Assembly (NCBI GenBank): GCA_964016885.1
Contig: OZ024745.1
Coordinates: forward strand, 17,608,001-17,672,000
DNA from: Eledone cirrhosa
Lineage: Eukaryota
Reading direction: 5' to 3'
Length of the DNA stretch: 64,000 bases
In this document: one piece after another, positions 55,249-64,000 of the stretch
How positions within the stretch are numbered: the stretch's first letter is position 1
Layout of the letters: every line of letters starts with the position of its first letter
Position numbers and translations under genes: made by a program
The notes under the pieces: generated by a model
What the model was told of the DNA's origin: nothing
Databases searched by the model: none
What the model saw: only the letters and a program-made list of their open reading frames with translations

Positions 55249-56844
55249 ATTATTTTTATTTTTGTTGTTTGGTCGGTGAAGACGTACCTGAATATTGTTC
55301 CGTAGGGTTTGTTCATTTTCAAGTGTTTATATTCCATTCATTGTTATAAATTTGTCACAAACTATTGATAAAGTGCCGCGGAATTTATTTATTAGCTTTA
55401 CAGAAGGTTGATGCGATAATTTGGACCAGGCTGAATTTATCCTTCAGTAAGGATAAACCCCATGCTACCCCCCCCCCCCCCCCCTATCAATCCCAGATAC
55501 CCTGAAGCATGATCACGGCTGTATTTTGTTCCATTACCAAAATATTTAAGATTATTACTCTTTGAACACAAGACATGGGCATAAGCAATAATTATTTTGA
55601 GATATTCTAGAAATATTATATATTTAATTTTTGAAACTAATATTGATTTAAGTGTCCCATGGAAAGTTGTTGACAACATATTCAGAGAGTTTTATCCAAT
55701 ATATAACATTATATACATATAATTTAGAAAAAGTGTAATGTATTGCAATTTGAGAATAGCATAGTATTCTGTCAAATGTTGATGGTCATTCAAAAGATAA
55801 TTTGAAGTAAATTGAAGATAAACATAATCAAATATTCTGATGAAAAAGTCACATTGATATGAACGTTCTATTAAAATATGTACATATCAGTTTTAAATTT
55901 TCAGACTGAAAGGCACCATTTATTAACACACAAACTATAAAGTCAATAGTGACATACATTGCATAATTTATATTTCTCTTGGTTTCAAATCCTCTAGATG
56001 ATGCTAGACAAATCCTATATTTAGAAATATGTCTTAAATTAGATTCGGATGTTACGTATTCATTAATGTTGTACATTTTCAATTTGCTAATGAAGTAAGT
56101 GCAAGGTGAACATTACACTTATAGACGTATTTAATATATTGTCTGTATTGCAGTAGTGCAACTTCAGATATAAACAATTTTACATCCTAAATATTTATTT
56201 GTTATCAATAACGAGGAAAAAGACTATGTGAAATGAATGTTATCCTAAGATAGATATGCAAGAGTGCGTTTCTATTGACAGATGCAAAGAATTATTAACA
56301 TGCCTTCGTTGAAAATCCGCAATATGTTGATTGTAGATTATATACATATATATATAAAGAGAAATAATACATGAAATAATATGTGTGATATATGTTTGAA
56401 AGAAATACACACAATATAAACATATTGTCTGAGAATTCAGCTTCATAAGAGAATTATGGAACAGGTATCAACACGTTTCACTCAGAAAAGACAGGCATAC
56501 ATTGAACTAAACAGTAATTTATGTAGCTGAGAAGAGGCTGAAAGTGTAGACTTACAACAAAAGCTGTGTATATGGAGATACACGTATATATGTTGTTTTT
56601 CCAAATCATGTTTATTTTAAGAAATGGATCAATTGTTATTCGTATAATATCTGTTGAATATTTCAAAGATTTATTTAAATAATAACCATTTCTCTTTTTG
56701 TTTCAGTTCAGCCGAACTGAATTTAAGACAGTAATATCAGCCGACAACTTCAATGAGGTTGAAAGATTCGCATACATGGCGACGAAATATTCTTATATAA
56801 CTAGCTACTACTTTTACTGTATCCAGATTCTACCTGATTCAAAC

Positions 56845-56946
56845 ACGCAGAGGCACCCCGCTGGAGAGATGCTGTGCTGAATAGGACCCGTCTCACCCTT
56901 GCAAGCACGGAAAAGCGGACGTAAAATGATGATGATGATGATGATG

Positions 56947-56948
<2 letters not shown>
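56845..56948 (+). mobile_element. RTE-type LINE 3' end with (ATG)n tail
   Basis: cgctggagagatgctgtg…gcaagcacggaaaagcggacgtaaa(atg)n. Confidence 0.55.
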
Positions 56949-56974
<26 letters not shown>

Positions 56975-56978
<4 letters not shown>

Positions 56979-58481
56979 AGATCAAAAGATGGTTAAAGGA
57001 GTTCCATATATTTTATTATGCGCATTTCAAAAACAAACATCATCAAGCAATAATATTTGCGTTTTCATCAGATAAAACAGGAGAACATGATATGAAGGCT
57101 AAAAAAACACTTGTTGATAGTGCAGTTTTAAATCAACATATGAAAAGTGGTTTTAGATTGATGTGTGATATTGGGAAAAATATTTTATTTAGAGAGGGGG
57201 GGAAAGGATGAGAAGGGAAGGAGATAGGAGGGAGAGATGGGTGATAGAGAGAAAGAGATAGTTTTTATAACTGAGAGGAGATATATTTTTTATATATAGA
57301 GGGGTTGAAAACCGTTGGAAGATACTGTATAAATTAAAAATTTTGAAAATTAACGAAGGGGGGGATATGTGCGAGGAAAAATTATTTTATTTAGGGAGGG
57401 GGGGGGAGGATGAAAAAAAGGGGGAGGAGATGAGAGTGAAGGTGGAGAGGGAGAGATGGGTGATAGAGAGAAAGAAATAGTTTTTATAACTGAGAAAAAG
57501 ATATATTGTTTTAATATAGAGAGGTTGGGAACCGTTGGAAGATAATGTATAAATTAAAGGAATTTGAAAATTAACGAAGGGAAATTATGTATGAAGATAG
57601 AGAGAAAAAAATAATAATTGTGGGTGAATATTCTAACGTCAAAAGAAGAAATGTATGTATTGTGGCAAATTCAAAATTAGCAAAGAGAGAAATGTTAAGG
57701 TTTATGTGTAGAAGGATTTGAGAATCCATAATAAATAGACGCTCAGATTTGTTTTCTATCTGCCTGCATAAATTCCATAGAACTTTTCACAAAGTATACA
57801 GTTAATATTCAATTCTTTATCAATTTAGAATCTTTTCTCAAAGGCACATATACATACACCTCTTTAAAATATACCCATCTACCTTACTTTGAAGGGCATT
57901 ATACACTCTATAATACTCGTTTACTCATTACCCTCATTCTATCTTCTCGTAAAACAATAACATTTGTTTTTGACATTTTGAATATTCATCCGCAATCATT
58001 ATTATTTTTTCTCTCTATCATAAATCTTTTTAATCTCAATTTCATCCTTAATTTATTATTATTTTTTTCTCCCCATCAACGAACTCATTATTAATACATA
58101 TGAATTCAATATACACACTTTAACTTCACATTATTTTTCTCAAATCCTTCTACACATAAACCTTAACATTTCTCTCTTTGCTAATTTTGAAATTGCCACA
58201 ATACATACATTTCTTCTTTTGACGTTAGAATATTCACCCACAATTATTATTTTTTTCTCTCTATCTTCATACATAATTTCCCTTCGTTAATTTTCAAATT
58301 CCTTTAATTTATACATTATCTTCCAACGGTTCCCAACCTCTCTATATTAAAACAATATATCTTTTTCTCAGTTATAAAAACTATCTCTTTCTCTCTATCA
58401 CCCATCTCTCCCTCTCCACCTTCACTCTCATCTCCTCCCCCTTTTTTTCATCCTTTCCACCCCCCCCTCCCGAAATAAAAT

Positions 58482-58482
<1 letters not shown>
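56975..58482. mobile_element. Non-coding pLTR-like element: HHR, ~205-bp tandem duplication (57177-57582), inverted pair (57383-57723 and 58137-58482)
   Basis: Repeats read directly; left end abuts (TA)n. Confidence 0.75.
57010..57078 (-). ncRNA. Type I hammerhead ribozyme with intact core
   Basis: GTTTTAT-CTGATGA-AAACGCAAATATTAT(tgcttg)ATGATGTTTGTTTTT-GAAA-TGCGCA-TA-ATAAAAT: 7-bp helix I, 15-bp helix II with one mismatch, palindromic ATGCGCAT, AUA triplet. Confidence 0.88.
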
Positions 58483-60204
<1,722 letters not shown>

Positions 60205-63138
60205 GTATGTGTGTGTGTGCGTGTTTTTGTCTATAACACAAATTTGATTCTTATAAATATTGAGATAAAAAGTTGAAGATTCCGATGCATCTTCTTTTAT
60301 CAACAATTAAACATTGTTATATCTCTACATTTCTCTTTTAATGGCAGCTGTTCTTTTGGATATTGGGGCATCTTCACAAGGTTATCAGATATAGAAATGT
60401 TGCAATAACATAACTGAACATAAAGATATTATCTTACCACATGTGTTTGCAAAAATATCTTTATTATTTATATTTCCATGCCTACAGAAATAGTTCTCCT
60501 TCTCAATGTTTTTACGTCATTCGACTGCAAAGCTGTTCACATATAACAACAAAAATTAATTCTTGTGACTATTATATATTCCGCCAGGTTGGAGGGGTGG
60601 GGTTTTTAAATTTAATAGATATAGAAAACAGGAATCAAACAAGGCTGAACAGAATATTCGTTTTTATGTGAAGACATGTTTCTTTAGTTATATTAATTAC
60701 CATAAACCTGTATCTAATATCTATAATTTTGAAAAGTATGCCAGAATTTACCTGTAAAATGGTAGCTGTTGCTATCAATGATCGTTATTCTAGCATATTT
60801 ACATGTGTTACGTTTTATAATTCTGTCGTCTGTTTCGCTCTTTACTAACAAATATTTAACCAAACCACATGCAAATCTCTGCTTCTTGTCACTTTATCTA
60901 GATTGACGTCACAGCATATCTATTTTACCACTTTTCAGTGAAGAGAATATTTGGTATTATGAAGAATATGATAAGTCTGTTCCTCATATATTTAATGTAG
61001 TGCGTAATACCACTGTAAATGATTGTAATTATGACTGATTTGATGCTTAATAATCACTAACTTAATAATTGAATATAATCAACAATGTCTCTCGAACCAA
61101 TTAGGACAGTAATGGGGGTGAGCTTATCACTGGCGTTTTGGACGCAAATCTTGATGAGATTCTCTCGTATTAGAATTCGACAGTAAAGTGGAATTTTTAA
61201 CTGTGAAACCAGGTAAATAGATTTCTTGCGAATAAACTCAACAGGATCTGGTAACTTCGAAGAAATGCTAGTGAAATATACTCAGAAGGAAACGCTAAAT
61301 TTGTAGTAAATTTCCATGCATTTTGCCATGGAAATGTTAAAATGAATTTATGCAAAGTGTTTAACTTGGTATATTACTCTGGGTGTAGAAATAACACTTT
61401 GTCCGAGATCATGGTAATATCAGCATATCTTATGCTTCATTTGTTTGTTAATTCAGTAATTGCTTTACAACTTCAAGAGAAAAGGTTAAAGCTATAATAA
61501 GTGAAAGTATATTATGTTTATCTCAGAATGATATTCTAGATGAATATAAATCTGATTAATACACATTTAATTGAGATTTGTATATACACATTGCTTTTAG
61601 TCTTATATTTGAAAACGTTATTCACGTTTCCCACTGGATACATCTGTCTTTTCGGAGATAAGGGCATGCCTTTCATCTTTATTTTGGATTATTGGTTACA
61701 TCTATAGAGTATGGTGGTCTTTCTTATAAAGCTATTTGGTCTGTAATATTCATCCTAATAGGCTAAATTCAGATTAATTTATTCTTTTAAACATTTCTTT
61801 GTGCGGGAGCCTATTGCTTTCATTGAAAAATCTCCATTCATCTTGTTCAGCATTGATAGTATAATATTGAATTCAGGGGCTGCATTATAAAGTTTGATTT
61901 ATAGCTGTACACTGTAATATAAACTTCTTTTCGATCTAATTTCCATGTTATTGCTTTCAATAATTATCTAACATAAACTAAATGTATTTCTTCATTTCTC
62001 TGTATTGTCTATTCATTTGTTAGAATAATTTCATAGCTTCGTTTGGTTCCCGAGTCACAGTGTATTTCTAATTTTTCCACAATTGTTATTAACTGGCTAG
62101 CTTAGACTATTTTTTTGCGGTAAAAGCTTCGAATGTTGATAAATATAATTGTTAATTGTGTTTTAATAAATAACTTGAATTAACATTACAAAAACAGTTG
62201 CGTTACATTTTTGTAACTTAATCATTGATACGTATATTGTGCCGAATATCGGAGACTAGTGTCTAATGTATAGTAATGAATACAAACTATCCCCAGATGA
62301 CATAGTTCCGGGTGTGCGTTTATTTCCATGAGCTTATATTAGGAAGTTTGAAGGGTAAAAACTAATTGGAACAATGAAATATATAATTCATCATATACTA
62401 AAAGTCGGAAAGCTTAGATATACTGCACTAGAGTAACGCTCTAGAGTTAATATACTAATTTGCCTGTGATCTCCCGTTTGTTCATTCCGACTAGTTACCC
62501 CCCCCCCCCCCCACATCCCAATACACACCTACCTATATCAAAGACATTTGTTGTATATTAAATTACGAACCGACTAAAGGTAAGGGTTTTAAAACGAACT
62601 AATGACAGGTGGTAGATGTTCTGACATTGGGAATGCCCATACATACTTTAATATTGGTTTGTAACTTCACCTAGAAATTGTTACCATTATTACGATCATT
62701 CTGTCAACCATTTTTTCCAGTATATATTCCACCGGCGAGAATTTGCTTTCTTCTTGTCCTAAACAAATTCATTAATGCTATATATATAGCATGTTGTCTA
62801 TTTTATGAATATTTATATATATTTATGGACATGTAGAAACATATGTATATATATGGCTTAGCCTATACTTGAAGACTAGCGTGATAGTATCAGCATAATT
62901 TTCTTCATTTTCATTCAATAATTTACCATCATAATTTATGGTTTTGCTTTTGTATTTCTGTATAGACATATATGTATTTCAGTTGTACCATAATTACTTA
63001 AAGCATATACTCCTACACTCGAACTTATTACACATCGTTGTATACTGCCCTTCCCTTGTTTTTCCCCGTTTTATAAAAATCGGATCACACTTTTATCCAA
63101 ATACATATTCTTTCACACCTTATAGTAATTTACTGTAA

Positions 63139-63227
63139 TTGGAGACGGTGGCTTCTGACAAGAGGCGCTGGAAGAAGTGTTTGAGGACCCAGTCGCCACA
63201 AATAATAATAATAATGATAATAATAAT

Positions 63228-63268
<41 letters not shown>

Positions 63269-63270
63269 TG
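63139..63270 (+). mobile_element. RTE 3' tip plus (AAT)n tract
   Basis: ETVASDKRRWKKCLR matches EMFASERTDWKECLR at 22830-22880. Confidence 0.6.
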
Positions 63271-64000
63271 ATTTCTTTATTGGCCACAAGGGCTGACATC
63301 AAGAAAAACATTACAGACGACACAGGATGGTACAGGGTGGGTTTGTGCGTGTAAAGATGTGTATTATTTATATAAGAAAAGAAAAAGAAAGGATATAGAA
63401 ACATATATATATATAAACAATAAAAATGAAAATTGAAACAATGAAAAATTCCCCAAAAGGGGGGAAACCTCCGAGGGTTACTCGTGGCGAAAACCACACA
63501 AAAGACCACGGCCACCCTGATCACCAGGGCAAGCGCCCTCTCTCAATTTTTCCATCTCTCAAACTACAGACGTATATTCAGAGTGGTCCCGTTCACTCGG
63601 ACCATTCTCGCTACATTCACCCACCTTTCAACAAACTTGCTAGAAAGCAGCACTTGCCTCTCCACCCTGATTTTCCTCTTCAAGTGAAACTTGAAAAAGT
63701 TAATTAGGGATTCGCCGAAGAGGAAAGTGTCTGTCTTTAACCCTTTCAACCTTGTCCACCACACAATCTCTTTCGCCATGGCCACCAGGCAGATGAAAAC
63801 CGCCTGCCCTTCCTCCTCGAAGGAAGACGGCGAGACCATCTGCAAAATGGACTCAGTCGACAACCGGATCAGTCTAACATGCGACAGCAACTGTTCGACA
63901 TAGCTCCACAAGTCAGCAATGCTCGGGCACTGAACGAGTGCGTGCAAGACGGTTTTGTCGCTCTGCGCGCGCATCTCGGACAGTCTCGACTGGCGGTACA
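63271..64000 (-). mobile_element. L1/Tx1-clade LINE 3' end (ORF2 CCHC region, 3' UTR, AATAAA)
   Basis: CPRC / (frameshift) QSDKTVLHALVQC..LW…AKEIVWWTR…F.ERW; stop at 63564; aataaa at 63275-63280 on the minus strand, then (ATT)n. Confidence 0.8.

Noticed and set aside
55500-56100. Possible LRR-like peptide (INGAFQSENLKLI)
   Set aside because: Single weak match with many stops.
60700-62250. Repeat-poor stretch that might be a decayed gene (also 12900-13510, 19200-19850)
   Set aside because: No sustained ORF or motif recognised; needs BLASTx.

Overview
AT-rich, repeat-dominated animal DNA with no host protein-coding gene that I can support. The SINE and RTE families and dense (TA)n tracts suggest an octopod cephalopod, which is an inference. 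The window is built from two groups of Penelope-like elements (PLEs, RT plus C-terminal GIY-YIG endonuclease), all frameshifted or truncated. It also holds CRE, RTE and L1/Tx1 LINE relics, about 10 copies of a tRNA-derived SINE, mariner remnants and microsatellites. The main signal the ORF track does not show is a high density of type I hammerhead ribozyme (HHR) motifs, found by eye: about 16 recognisable copies from about 8 unrelated sequence families, plus relics. They sit near the 3' ends of coding PLEs and in non-coding tandem or fold-back elements, where paired copies point outward towards (TA)n flanks. Many have palindromic minimal helix III and recurrent non-canonical cores (unpaired 10.1/11.1, CCGAAGA, GAGA). 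HHRs in PLE pseudo-LTRs are known. The non-coding HHR carriers (a 531-nt tandem unit, a 3.3-kb fold-back, and an intact HHR at 57010-57078) are the best candidates for something undescribed. Folds and identities were judged by eye and not computed.
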